Shown one piece after another: positions 11,779-26,550 of a stretch of DNA of 64,000 nt. The stretch lies in NCBI RefSeq assembly GCF_009914755.1, contig NC_060928.1; one strand, 5' to 3'. The stretch comes from the human T2T-CHM13v2.0 reference genome, Homo sapiens. Below the pieces are notes generated by a model. That model made no database searches. It was not told where the DNA came from and saw nothing but the letters and a program-made list of their open reading frames with translations. The number at the start of each line of letters is the position of its first letter. The stretch's first letter is position 1. The translations under genes were made by a program, and so were the position numbers.

Positions 11779-13503
11779 ACTTTATATTTTTCAATTAGAA
11801 TGTAAAACATTAACTAAAGCAGTATTTCATTAAATAAATTTTTAAAAGAAAGGAAAATAAAATAAAAACAAATATTAACAAAATATTTTTGGAAAATATC
11901 AAAAGGAATTTCGGTATTTATTTTAAAAGTATCATAAATAGGCCCATGATTTACAAATAGAATATTGAAACTGAGGCATTAGCTAACAGAAATGCTACTA
12001 ATCATTCATTCAGTGGTGAATTGTGAGTAAATCATATTTGGTCAGTATACACATTTCAAAAAAATATTTTAGAAATGTGTGGGATTTATAGGAAAACTTT
12101 TTCATACATTAAAATGGGAAATTGCATATACTAAAATATACATTTGTGTTTATACATGTGTATCCTTAATTTATCTATTTACATAACTTCACAATGTACA
12201 TAATGACACATTTATATGTTTGTAAATCATCAGATGGCATGAGTATCAAACTATCTTCATGCCGTCATGTTTTCAGTAAAATAGAAAATCCAATTTATGA
12301 CCTACCATTGTGAAATTTTTGTTAGAATTAACAACCGTAGTGGTCTTAGAAGATACAAAGAGCAGCCACACTATTAAAAACAACCTTCATGTAATACAGT
12401 ATGGTGCTAAATGGAACCAGTGTAAATCAGCTGCCTGAAAGCGACATTTCATATTGTTACCTTTGATGTTCTTCCCTGGGGCTCCAAGAAGGCAGGAAGG
12501 GAAACTAAAGAAGCTTTCCTCTGCCTTGCTTTTGGTAAATTATTTCATATGGGCTCATGGTAAATTATCCATTCCTTTTTCCCAGAAGAAAGTAAGTGAT
12601 ATTGAATTATAATTGAAGCACTGGAAGTAGGGGAAAACTTTCTGTTTTAAATGCTATGGCTAGAGAATGAATAGAGTATGCAAGAAGCATGGTTAACCTG
12701 AGCTCCAAATTATAAGAGTAACACTGCAGAAACTGCAAACAAGGCATTTATCATAAAGATCTTTAACATGTACCTTTCCTGATGGAAGGATGCATTCCTA
12801 ATGAAAGGATGTTTGGGTCTGAATGTTTAACACAATTCATAAATTTCATGTGAGCTATGCCTCAACGGTTACCAGATAAGAGCCTTAAAAATACAGGCTT
12901 TTTTTTTGTTATCTCTAATTCTTATAGAAACCTGGGGTGAGAACACAGGCAGCTCTTTTACCCCAAGGGCACCATTAAATGAGAAAGAGCTATACAAAAT
13001 ATAGTTCATTACCCCAAGAGCAATCCATCAGTAATGAATTCTATGCCAACATCTAAATTAACAAACACATTTATAAGCTCATTAACTGAACAATATGTCC
13101 AGGAGCCTTACTGAAGCTGTGAATCAGAGATCTGATAACCACATTCTGTTGAAACCATATGTCTCTAAAGCAGCAGTTCAAAATCCTGGGTGATACGGGC
13201 AATTGACGTTGCAATACGCAACATCAAGAAACTCACAGACACTTCCTCAGAGTGGAGAACACATCCAAGGTTGGTAAGAATAGCAAGTGAGCAAGAGTCT
13301 TTCTTAAGTGCATCTTCTTCTATCTTATGTTCTAGTCTATGGATAGAACTACCAACAAGAGTAAAAATGCCTAATCCATGGACTAATAGAAGATGACACC
13401 TGGTAACCCAAAGTGCAGAGGTTGGACCCTGCACAGTAGAGAACTGATAATATTTGCTGGTTATGACATGGCAGGAAATAAGATTTGACATGAGAGTGCT
13501 TAC

Positions 13504-13616
13504 CGTTGCAGCCAGCCACATAATTTCTACATTCTTTCTTTTTTTGGATTGGATATTTTGAAGGAGATTTTCTAGCAATGCTTTTAAATCATTTTGTTCC
13601 TGAAAATGTGAAATAT
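13504..13616 (-). CDS. INPP4B: INPP4B internal coding exon (113 nt): [37 protein letters not shown]
   Basis: Acceptor ttttccccccttcag-type tract then |AT, donor ACG|gtaagc; 2+37x3 nt; embedded in ORF 13165..13839(-). Confidence 0.97.
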
Positions 13617-13714
13617 CTGAAGGGGGAAAAACAAAGGAGAAAAATAAAATGAGACAGTGTTCACATGAAGCTGCCCATGGAGGTTTTTTCAATACATTTA
13701 TTTGCAAACACAAC

Positions 13715-14014
13715 TTTTCTTTTAGGCAGGGTCTTGCTCTGCCTACCCAGGCTGGAGTGCCAATGGGGCCCAATCTCTGCTCACTGCAGCCCAGCCTCAA
13801 TTTCCCAGACTCAAGTGATCCTCCCACCTCAGTGCCCAAAGTGGCTGGGATTACAGGAGCACATCACCATGCCCAGCTACTTTTTGTATTTTTTGCAGAG
13901 ACAGGGTTTGGCCATTGTCACCCAGGCTGGTCTCAAACTCCTGAGCTCAAACAAACTGCCTATCTTGGCCTCCTGAAGTGCTGGGATTACAGGCATGAGC
14001 CACTGCACCCAGCC
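13715..14014 (-). mobile_element. AluJ-type, ~100 nt upstream of the 113-nt exon acceptor
   Basis: Reverse Alu dimer; TSD caaacacaa(c/t)ttt on both sides. Confidence 0.92.
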
Positions 14015-14380
14015 TCAAACACAATTTTATAACAAGAAATATCATTTGAAGCTAAGGGTGTCTGAGGACAACCATACTTATTAATTTACCTGGTTTTTTC
14101 TTTACTTACAAATATGCTTAATTCTCTCATTCTCTATTCTGTATAACTATGGTAATATCAAGTGGTCCTACAGTACTATTTTACCAGCATTTTGGACAAA
14201 GATGTTGGCTTCTGTCTCACTTTAACAAAAGCATAAGACATAGATGTCATGAGATATAACTTTCCTTTTTTTGCCATTGAGTAGCTAGTCTGAATCAAGA
14301 GAATATATTAAATTGGACAACTCAGGGTTGGGAGAAATCTGAAAGTTCAAATAAGACACATGAAATCAGTTGCTATACAG

Positions 14381-14594
14381 CAAGTGTCCTTGAACTCAGC
14401 ACTATTAACTTCTTGAATCAGGTAATATTTTGCTGGGAGGAAGACCATACTGTGCATTACAGGATGTTTCACAGCATCCCTGGCCTCTACCATTCGCATG
14501 CCAGTAGCAGCTTTCCCAAGGTAACAGTAAAAATGGCCTTCAGACACTGCCAGTGTCTCCTGACAGAAAAATATATCCTGCTTGAGAACCAGCG
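14381..14594 (-). mobile_element. MER20 (hAT-Charlie) DNA transposon relic
   Basis: tgtgcattacaggatgtttcacagcatccctggcctctac...gccagtagca and terminal ttgagaacca match reverse MER20. Confidence 0.8.
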
Positions 14595-16798
14595 CTATAA
14601 AGAAGCACAGATATGACACGGAAAGAGGAAAAACATGAGGCTATACTTCACAGTATGAGATAATTGGGTAGAAAGCAGGAAATGACACTGGTTGCTCAGA
14701 TTTCTGCATACTAACAACTAAAGCATGGGTAATAAATGGCATACACTTTATACTAAAAACGGAGACAATGTACGTTATGACCCAAATGTCCCCAAGACTT
14801 GGTGAGATGGGATTCAATATTATAGTGACAGAAACAAAAAGACTGTCTAAGTGAATGGTTGGATAAGTACTGTATAGTATGAAAATACACTCTACTGTTG
14901 AATCCATAAACTGAGAGATAAATTCCTGAGAGCTTTAACTGAGGCTAAAAACAGGAGAAAATAAGATGGACTACAACTACGTTACTGAGTTTCACTGAAG
15001 AAATAGATGATGTCTTCCTTACAAGTTCACAAAAACTGACACAAATGAATTTTAGTAGTAATGAGGCTTTGTACTTTTTCAAATTTGTACCAGATGTTGC
15101 AGTTTAGCAAAATAATATATCTGAATAGTTCTGGTTTGTGACTTTAGCTCCAGAGGAGAGAGGAAGTATCCCAGTGAACTATACTAGTGATATATATCTA
15201 AGAGCAGAAGTGGTTGGTAAGGTGGGAATTTCCATTGAAAATAATCATATCTCATCTTGGATTTTATGACCACAGAATAGAGGAAGGTTGGGTACAATTC
15301 AGATAGGTTTAGGGAAGTGAGGTTCAAAATAGTCATATAAAATATATGCATGATTCCATTGAATTTGTTTCTAAAAGAGAAAGTTGTCAAAAGTCATATC
15401 TTTACTATATAACTACAGATGATTCTCATACAAAAGAGAAAGTTTGACTGAAGACATCACATTGTGAGGTAGAAGGTTCTCTGATATACAGGAATTTTAA
15501 CAGGACACAGCCCAAAGATAGCCTAAAGATAAAGGGAAGGAGGCCAAATATGGAATGCCTTGAAGGGAGTTATAAAATCAGACCAGGACTTGGTGGCTAA
15601 TCAAAGAAGGTAAGGACAATAAGGTTGCTTTTTAATTTATAATCATGGCATGCAAGAAATAAGAAGTCAAGTCCACCATCACTGCTTTTAATGTTGATAA
15701 ATGGCAACCAAAACAAACCCAGGGGAAGCCATAAATTAGAATTATAAGCAGCCATTAAAAATTATGTACAGGTATATCGGTGACATAGAAAGTGTCCTTG
15801 ACATTGCTGAAAAGAAGAATTGGCCAGATTAATGAATAAACTTATTTGTGTAACAATGTGTGCTTGTGTGTGTGTGTGTGTGCACGTGCACATGCATGCC
15901 TGTATGTTGGCTTCTCTTGGCATATGTATATAGGCAGAGTGAAACACTAGTTTAGATATTAACAGTGGCCATCTTTAGGCTGTGCAACTTAGTGTAATGC
16001 TTCAACTGCCTTTTCATATCATTTTAAATGAACACATATTGCTTTTAAATAATAAGATGATTTTAAGAGCAATGGGGAACAGAGAATGTGCATGAGAAAA
16101 AGAAATAACTTAAATTCTTTTTCTTGGCTTCATGGTAGAACAGTTCATTATATCCTGAAGAACCTAAATTCTTACGATATAAAGACCCGAATTCAAAATT
16201 TCCACAGTCTAGTAGGGTGGGATGGATATTTAAACTATTATTAAATCCAGGAAAGTACACTGCAGGCTATGACATAACTCAGTAAAGATTTGTGAAGCAA
16301 GGGAAGCACTGGACAATTCTATAAGAATTGGTGGGTGTGGGAGGGCATCCAGCAAAGATAATGCTTTGCAGCTACCAAGAGCGTTTGAGGCTGAGGGGAA
16401 AATAGCAAAGGCACGAGGCATGAGCCAGTACTGCAGAAACACGGAGTGTGCAGTTCAGAATGTCCTTGGAGTGGTTAGTCCTGGGGCAAGATTTATGAAG
16501 GAGAATCATGTTCTGCTCTGCTGGGGAATCTGGGCTTCATCCTAGAAAATGCGGGCAACTGATGAGTTTTAAACAAGGGCTTAACCCCTTCTGGAAAGCC
16601 CCTGAGCTTCTTTCTGAAGTCAGGCTTGTACAAATGGCTTTCAAACAGTTTTGAAAGCAATACAGAATAAGAAGTTTCCTTTAACATGAGATGAAGACAT
16701 CACATCTGGAGAGCTGATACATAACAATGCAATTTTAATTAGCAATACTTTATTATGTATTTGAAATTTGCTAACAGAGTAGATTGTAGATGTTCTCA

Positions 16799-16799
<1 letters not shown>

Positions 16800-16859
<60 letters not shown>
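16800..16859. repeat. Compound (AC)~22(AG)~7 microsatellite within an L1MA/MB 3' fragment
   Basis: Directly visible; preceded by the L1M motif gtagat..atgttctcacc. Confidence 0.95.
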
Positions 16860-19591
16860 AAGTGATAAATATCTGAGGTGAGGAAGTAGTAATTAGTTTG
16901 ACTATGGTAATTATTTAATAATGGATATGTATCATACATCATCAAATTGTATGCCTTAGGTATACCTAATCCTTAATTATCAAAAATACCTCAATTTATA
17001 AAAAGAAAAAAGCTTACTTTACATAACATCTCACAGCAGTCATACACACACACCCCTCTGTAACAAAAACCTTATGAAATGATATTTACCCTTAGTGTAT
17101 ACATTGCACTCGAAATTTTTGTATTTCATAATTTTTGAAAAATTGTAGTTCCAACACACCACATTTATTTAACATTTCCTAGGATCAACATAAAACATTT
17201 GCAAAGCCCTGAGTTAGGGCAACCCCATGTCCAAAGTGACTGGGACTGAAGTGACTTTTTCACAAAGTTCATAGTCAGAGGAGGAGTCAAGGCTAAAACT
17301 TTGTCTCTTAACTGCTGTACCAGTAATTTCTCCCAAATCTCTGCTGATGTTTTTACCATTGGTAGTACTAAAACCAGCTCTAGTATTAACACAATAGACC
17401 AAATTCTTCAGAACGCTGAGACTCCAGAACAGAGCATGATTTATCAAAATAATTTTGTTTCATTATAGACATGGAAATGTTTTAATAAGCCATTTTAAAC
17501 AGACTATAAGGATCCTAAATGTAAATCAAGCACCTGGCCATCCTTTCCCCATTCCCACCTCATAAAGAGAGTGTGTTAGAATACACAGGCATGATGTCTC
17601 ATGGAAATTTCATTTCCTCTCCCATGGTGTGCTTCTTACAAGAAAAGTAATTTTGATTTTTTTTTTTAACATTTTTAGGCCACTATTTCTATTTCTATAG
17701 TGACAAAACTTGCTTTATTCGGAGCACACCTCTGTCAACCCAATACTTGGGTTGCTGCCATTTTTTTTTTTTCAACCCAATAAAAATTCTGCAGACCACA
17801 GAAATTCAGGTCTGGTTCAGGAAAGCAGTATCATTAATAATAGCCAGTTTGTTAATAGGTGAGGTTTCAAGATGTAATGATAGATCCTGATGTATCAACT
17901 GAAAATTGTGGTGTACACAGAACGTGAATTGGTTTTAGGCTTAGACTGTGTCTCCTCAAATGTAAATATAGCCAAAGAGTCTTGCTTTTGCTACTCAGTC
18001 CTGCATTATTCTAACACAAAATTTAGACAGGGCAGCTGAGTCTCTATGCATATCTCCATAATAGTATTCTTTTTTTTTTTCAAATGGAGTTTAAGAAAGT
18101 ATTCAGAGGTAAAAGTTACAAGAATGTTTATTGCATTATTGTTTATAATTTTAAATAGCAAAAAAGCTTTAATATGTTCATAAAGAGTAAGAATAAACCA
18201 ATATATTAATGCAAAGTAATATAAGTAAAAAGGATACACAAATGCCATATGTGTCAACATGGATATATCACAAAAACAATATTGAGCAAAAAAGCACAAA
18301 TTATAGAAAGATTCATACAAAACAACAGCAATAATATAGTCAAATGTGCAAAACTGTACCATATTTTTATGGATACATAAATATAGAGTAAAATGTGTAT
18401 GAGGATGCAAAACATCAAATTCAGGATATTGATGTTCTCATAGGAGGGGAGGATTAAGGGTGGTAACCTGGAGGGGTACAAAGGGAGCTTTTACCCTATC
18501 TGTAAATATTTGTTTCTTACGAAAATTCCAAAGCTGAGCAATGGATTCCCAAATGTGTGCTATGTATGATTTGTTCTTTTTTGTTTGAAACTTTTATAAT
18601 TGCTTTTCAAAAACAGCACTGAGCCAAGATTCCAGGAAAGTGATTTCTAATGCCAATTCTACTGCTGCTTTGACGTGTAGTCTTAGGCAAATTGCTTAAC
18701 CCTCTGTCCCTATTTCCTCAACTGCAAAATAAGGGCAAGAATCCGGTCATGCGTCATTGACCAGTAATGGAAAACAATGAATAAAACTCTTGGCAGAAAA
18801 GGCTACATTATTAAATTCTGTGTCACCTCTGAAAAACAGAAGATATTAGTAGCACTTAAAAAAGAGTTCACAGCCTCAGAGGGGAAGCCTACTTTCTCAG
18901 GTAAAAGTCAGAATGTATCCAAAGTAAGAAACAGTCTCCTCACACACGTGCAGTCACATACCCCAGTCACAAACATTCACAAACCCCATGACTATTCTCG
19001 TACCTCCCCAATGGAACAGAACAATCAAGTTGAGAGTCAGGTTTTAGGGCCTATATCCTCCTTGTTAGGTCAAATAGGTTTCTTCAACAAGAAGAGCTCT
19101 GACTTTGACGACCTGAATCACAGGCAGGGTATTAATAAGTAAACAGGAATGGAACCGTGGCCTTTTAGCTCACTGAACTGTGATGCTAATGATGTCAAAT
19201 AGCTTCATTCTCTTATGGCCAAATAACTGTGTGGCCAGAAACTGTTCCAAGATGAATCAGAAATTATGGCTGCCTTCCCAGTCCCTAATCTACTCACTTC
19301 CCACACTAAGTGGCAGATACAAAATTGCCATGGGATGCACCACACTTCCACTCTGACGTCCATTTGTGTGATCCATACCCCTTGAAATCAAGACTAGTTC
19401 ACGAATAGACATGATCTAAACCAGTTGGCACTAAATTCTCATCTTAGCAACTGTTTTAAGGATATGCAAGTGGCCTGTGCTGTTCCAGCTGAGTGAAGCT
19501 CCTGAAGAGGAAAGGAACCTCTTCTTAGCCCTTTGGTTGAGTGTGGGGTTAGCTCATAACAGCCATCTTTTAGCCACAAGACCAGACATAG

Positions 19592-19954
<363 letters not shown>

Positions 19955-20237
19955 TGAGATATTGTTTTATACTGCTGAGTCACTGAACCAACCCTCTCTT
20001 GAAACCTACCTTACTGCTAGAATTTTCAGTGAGGTTTATCAGCAAGTTTTCTTTATTGTTTAAGCTAGTTTGAATTAAGAGTTTTTGTCATTTGCAATCA
20101 AAAGCATTCTAAGGTAAGCAAATTGTTATATATGTATATTCAACATTGACCAGCCACAGTACAAATGTGTACTGTTGATTTAGAATGAGGAAAGGACAAG
20201 TCAGAGTATTTCTGGAGGGCAGCAAATCTATCACACC

Positions 20238-20813
20238 TGCAGTGATGGGTTTAAAACATAGTTCTACATTCTTCGACACTTTTTATTGAAAGACGTGGAA
20301 TGTATGTCTCCTCAGGTTGAATCTGGGTGGGCTTCTGACTATCTTTTGACTAATGAAGTATGACAGAAGTAATGATCTGTGGCTTCTGAGGCCAGGTCTG
20401 AATTGATTATGCCTCTCCTGCCTGATAATTCTCTTGGAACTTGCCGACTGTATTCCTCATTTTGAGATGCTCCCTATAAGAACCCAGCCATTATGCTGGA
20501 AGAAGCCCAAGCCACATGGAAGGTCTTGTTTAGGTGCTTAAGTCAACAGTCACAGCTGAGCCCAGCCTTTGAGTGAGGTTATCCCAGGTGCCAGAATGTG
20601 AGTACAGAAACCTCCAGATGCCTCCAGTTCTCAGCCCCCAGGTATTCTTCCTTTCATCTGAAGGTCATGGACATCATGGAGCAGAGAGAAACCATCCCCA
20701 GTTTCCCTTTCTGATACCTAACCCACAGAATCTGTGAGCATAAATAAAATGATTCTGATTTTATAACAGTAAACTTGAGGTAGCTTGTTATCTGGCAATA
20801 AGCAACCAGAACA
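20238..20813 (+). mobile_element. MLT1F/G-type MaLR solo LTR
   Basis: ttgaatctgggtgggc..tgactaat..agaagt..ttctgaggc; agaagcccaagccacatgga; acccacagaatctgtgagcataaataaaatg..gttat..gcaata..aaccagaaca. Confidence 0.7.
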
Positions 20814-23800
20814 GAACAGCTACAATAAAAACAGTTTAAAGAGCTTGTACTTCTAAGTATGAAAAAGTTAACATGATGAACACTGCTTTCACTGCCTACT
20901 CTGGTGAATACTATAGTCTGTAACATCAAGTCTCTTCTACAATTAATTCTAAAATAATTATAGTTAACTGTACTAGCAAGCAGACAAATGCAATTAGGTA
21001 AAAGCCATTGAGATATCTTAAAACTGAAAATTATGTTGTTTTAGATACTGTAAAATCTTGAAAAACAAGAACAGACAAAACTCCATCAAAACCAGCTTTA
21101 TTTAAATTGCATTTCCAATTTTCAATTTATGAAGAAGGCAATACAAAAAAATCAAATGTCAAGATCCCATCCTGGTCTGCGTTGAATATTTTTGACATAC
21201 ACACTTTCAGTGCCTTGTCTTAAACAAATTTCAAGGTTGCATCACCCATAGCAAAAGGAAAAAAAACAAACTTTAATTTTTAAATTATATCCAAAGCAAT
21301 ATATTAAAAATTCTTCAAAATTTCCTCAATCAACATTATACATTGGAGACCATGGAATATGGTGTTCAGGGAGAAGAATACGACGATAACATATTTTTTT
21401 CCTGTTTATATTTTTTTAAAGACAGCATTCATAATTTGATTTCAGAATTTCCAAACAATTTAAAGTCATGTCAAAAAATCTAAAGATGATTTGTTAAATG
21501 GCTCTCCAACTCTAAACTCCAGTCTCCTCAAGATGCCTAAGATAGTTCAAGCACAGATGATAGAGCAGAGTGGGAAAGGAAACAGGAGTATGAGAAGGGC
21601 TTTACACAAATCCCCAGTTCAGTCTTCTTGTGAGCCAAGTTAAACTGGGTGAACAACTACTTTTGCCCATACTCAAGTGGCCTAGGTGCTGGCACTGAAG
21701 GCAGTTTAATGGCCTCCTTTGTTTCACCTAGTCAAACTCCCTCATCCCTGCATTTTACCCCAATGATAGCCCTAGCAATAAATGGCTCCTTGAGAGTGCA
21801 TTCTCCACACAGAAGTCTGAAAAACAGACTAAGAATGGATTTCTCAAAATTTAGGCAGAGAAGGGACACAGCTTTTGAGGTGATTTCAGTGTCTTACCTC
21901 CCTGCCCGTGCAAGAGCCAGACTGCTAGTGAAATACACCAAGGTCAGATGACAGCCCAGGGAGGCAGACACATAACCAGCCCTTCTCCAAAAACCAAGGG
22001 CTCACCTTTTCCATGCCTCTCCTGCTGCCTATAATGTGGAAGGAATTAAATCACAAACTGTAAGAAAGTCAGAGAAAAAGGGAGATGGTTGAGAAGATTG
22101 GGGCTTTTTCCAATAGTCACAGTATGTGGCCTACCTCTTCAGGCTCCTGGAGGCAAGGAAGAATGAGGTCTTGAATCTTTCTTACTATATAGAATAAGTT
22201 AAATTAATAATTTCTGAGGTATTAGGTATAAATGAGGTAAAATACAGGAAGATGATGAAAATAAAGCTGTGTTGGAAGGCTCCAAAATGAGGAAAGAGGT
22301 AATAAGAATATGAAACCTATAATTTATTCCATTCATATGGCTCCCTTTTTTGACTTGATGTGGTCTCTGATTTGGTAATCTGGGACACTCATATATTTAC
22401 AGTTTATCAATGGCAACAAAACATATTAATCTATTAATGTCCTCACACTGTTATTTTCCGACCCACTTGATAAAGATAATTTTATCCTTGAGACTTCAAT
22501 TTCTCACCCTTACTTAGCCTCTAAGGAGAGTTTCACTCTATCTGACATTCTGTGATGCAGAATTGGGAGAATGATAAAATAAAGGCTGAAGAAAAAGTGG
22601 ACTGGAAACAAAAGACGTTGCAGTTGTGGTTCAGGGAGGAGGAGAATGGTAAATAAAGAGTGAATGTTTGGAAGAGTGCTATGCCAAATAGCTGAGTGAA
22701 TTACAGAGTTGGAAAAGTGGATCTAAAAAGTGAAATAAGAATTTGTTAATTGTCTTTAATTTGATGTTTCATTGAAGGTTAGAACTAACGTAGTCACCTT
22801 TAATCGTTTTTCTGTTGATTGGACATCATACTAACAACTTCTTGTTAACAAGAAGTTAAATTCAGATATTTATTTCCAAAAGGGATGATGAGTCTCAATA
22901 TTTTCAGTATCCATCTTACTTTGCAGTGTCAGACCAGAGAACTTATCCTAATGATGATTTCAGGAGCTCACCTATAGGAGCATTCCAGAAAGAAAAAAGT
23001 ATGCTTTGTTTGAAAGATTATCAGAGAATCAGTGATTTCACGAAAAAATTAAGATAAGTCAACATGGATTGCAAAGACTATAGAAATGACAGAGAAGGAG
23101 AGAGGCTATTGGATAGGGATGAAATTTGGTTCAAACAATTGAAAAAGCTTCACGATCAAATTTAACTAGATTGTTGTTTGTTTCTGTTGTTTGTACACAG
23201 CAGAAATATAACTGTTGAAAAGCTCAGTGTACCACAATTATCGTCTTAACCATCTCTCTAATATTCATAAGTACATGTGACACTTTTTAGTCACAGAAAT
23301 TGACAGTGGAAATTTTAATATTAACTTCTTTTCCCTGGTGAGATAATGGTAGAATTTACTTTGAAGTACAAGGTGTATACAAAGTAATTATTCTCATTTG
23401 GCTGACAATGAAATGCAGGCATTGAAAACACCAAATGACTCACCTAAGTGAGCTTTCAATTGAATTTATGTCTTTTGATTTCATGCCATTATGTGCAGAC
23501 TTACTAGACTGGTATACTGGGAGGCCAGCCAATCTTTCGTGAGTAGTAGAATCTGGAATGCAAGAGTTAGACATTCAAAAAAGATGAGAGCCTCAGTGAA
23601 GAGAAAATAATGAAGAAAATGTAAGGATGATTGAAAGGCAAGAAAATCTAAGTTTGTACCTACACATACTACAACAGAATAAGGCTAGCTAAAAGATTTG
23701 ACGACTGTAATTTATGAAGACCACCAAATAACACAGACATTGCAACATAGATAGTAACATAGATCAATGTCTGGTTGGCCAAGCAGGTGGACCTTTGTAT

Positions 23801-24469
23801 ATGTATATGTGTGTCTACCTTTGTTGCTTGTACTGCTGTTTGTATTTCATAATTTGATCGTGTCTAAAATTTAAGGGACATTAAAAGTCTATGTAGTTTA
23901 ACATGCATTGAGGAAATAAAAATTGGATATTATTTCTTCTCACTTTTTCTTTTAAAAAGAAACAGAAGTGCTTCTAAAGATAGTAGTTAAAAAATTCTCT
24001 CAATCTTTTTAATGCTAAAAAAGCATTAAAAACTTCAAAAGATTAGTGCATCAGAGTTTCTTCTGCAATGAGTTTAAAATAAATTTGTAATTACAAGTGT
24101 GTAAAAATATATGAACAGAAAATAAAAGTATGGTGCTGGAAATATTCCAATATTTAAAAATCTACAATCTTCAGTTCACTGCAGAAGCCATTAGACAGCA
24201 ATGGTGGAGCAGCAGCATATAAATTAAAAGAACATTTGACTGGGAGTCAGAGAACATGGAATTTAGTCTCTCTTCTCCTGCCAAAGGGTATGTGAATGAC
24301 CCCAAGTCCCTCATAGCAAATGATGGGGTTGGACTAGGTCAGTATTTCTTAATCTATGTCCTGGGGAACACTTATTTAAAAAATGCAAATGAGGGTTTCA
24401 GATAATTTTGTATGTTCCCATAATGAAAAAAAAGCTATTTTAAATAAAATTAATTTAGACACTATAGAT

Positions 24470-25221
<752 letters not shown>

Positions 25222-25254
25222 TAAAACAACCAACTAAATGACTCAACTTATACC

Positions 25255-26550
25255 ATGCATTCAACAAATGTTAATGGAATAGAAACAACGTGCTAGTCCT
25301 CCTGGAGCTTACATTCTGGTAAGGAGTCCTGTCAAATAATGTAAATGACATATTGCATGCTACATGATGATAGAGGCTATAAAAAACTTTAAGAGAGAAG
25401 GGTTCCAGCGGGCAAGAGATTGCAATTTTAAAGAGGGTGTTTAAGAAAGGCCTTACTGAGAAAGTGACATTTAGGCAAAGACTTAGAGGAGGTGAGTGAG
25501 TGACCTATAAGGGGGAAGGCATTTAAGATAGGGCATAGAGCCACTAAAAAGTCCCAAGAAACAGCAAGAGGTCCATGGGGGGCAGAAGTCAGTGTGGAGC
25601 AGAGTGAGGTAAGTGTGAGAGAAAGCGGTGGAGAGGGATCAAAGGATCAAAGGGGTTGACTGTATGGTGCCTTAGAGGCCACCGTAAAAATGTAGGTTTT
25701 TATTCTGAAAACAAACAAACAACAACAACAACAACAACAAAAAAACTAACAACATTGGGGGTTACTGGAAGAGTTTTAGGAGACACATAATGAGACTTTC
25801 ATTTTAAAACAGTCACTTTGGATGTAGTGGATACGAATGGACTAAATGAGAAGTGACAGAAGAAACAAAGATGCTAGGAGGAAGCTGTTGCCAAAACCTA
25901 GAAGAGGTAAGAAGGGTTTTGCACAGGGTAGTAGCAATGCAGGTGGTGAGAACTGGTGGCATATATTTTGGAAGTGGAGCCAGTAAGATTTTCTGATGGA
26001 CTGGAAAGGGGATGTGAAAGAGGCGACTCAACGGTGGCTATTTTTTTCCCCAAAGCAACTAAAAGGTTGAAATTAATATAAACGTAGATGGGGAAGACTG
26101 TAGGAAGAACAGCTTTTTTAAGGGCTTATCAGGAACAAAGATTAAGGTGTTAAGCAGGATACAAGAGTTTAAGGAAGAGAGATGGGCTGGAGATGTAGAT
26201 ATGAAGATTGATAGTTAATAGCAGGTATTTAAAGCAACTAGGCTGTGTTCAATTGGGGAGCAGAGTAGACATGCATGGACTGAATCCTAGGTCACTCCAA
26301 CATTAGATGTTGGAAAGATAATGAGGAATAGAGATTTAAAAGAAGCAGCCATAGAGCAGGAGAAATCACAGAGTGTGGTGGCTGGGAAGCCAAGTGACAA
26401 AAGAAGTAAGAAATAACTATGTCACACTTGTTACTAGATCAAGGAAGATGAGGACAAGTGACTCAGCATTGGGTTTAACAATGCAGGCTCTTGACAGAAA
26501 GTTTCCATGAAGTTACATGGATAAAAGACTTACTGGAATGAGTTTAGGTG
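25255..26550 (-). mobile_element. L2 fragment
   Basis: Begins cattcaacaaat; ctggagcttacattct, ctgagaaagtgacattt, gatgggctggagat motifs. Confidence 0.65.

Noticed and set aside
13165-13839. 224-aa minus-strand ORF as a standalone gene
   Set aside because: It is a chimera of Alu sequence, the genuine 113-nt INPP4B exon and intron read-through; canonical splice sites delimit only 13504-13616.
24006-24032. 11-bp stem tttttaatgct/agcattaaaaa with an A5 loop (terminator-like)
   Set aside because: Low complexity and expected by chance in AT-rich DNA; intrinsic terminators do not apply to a mammalian intron.
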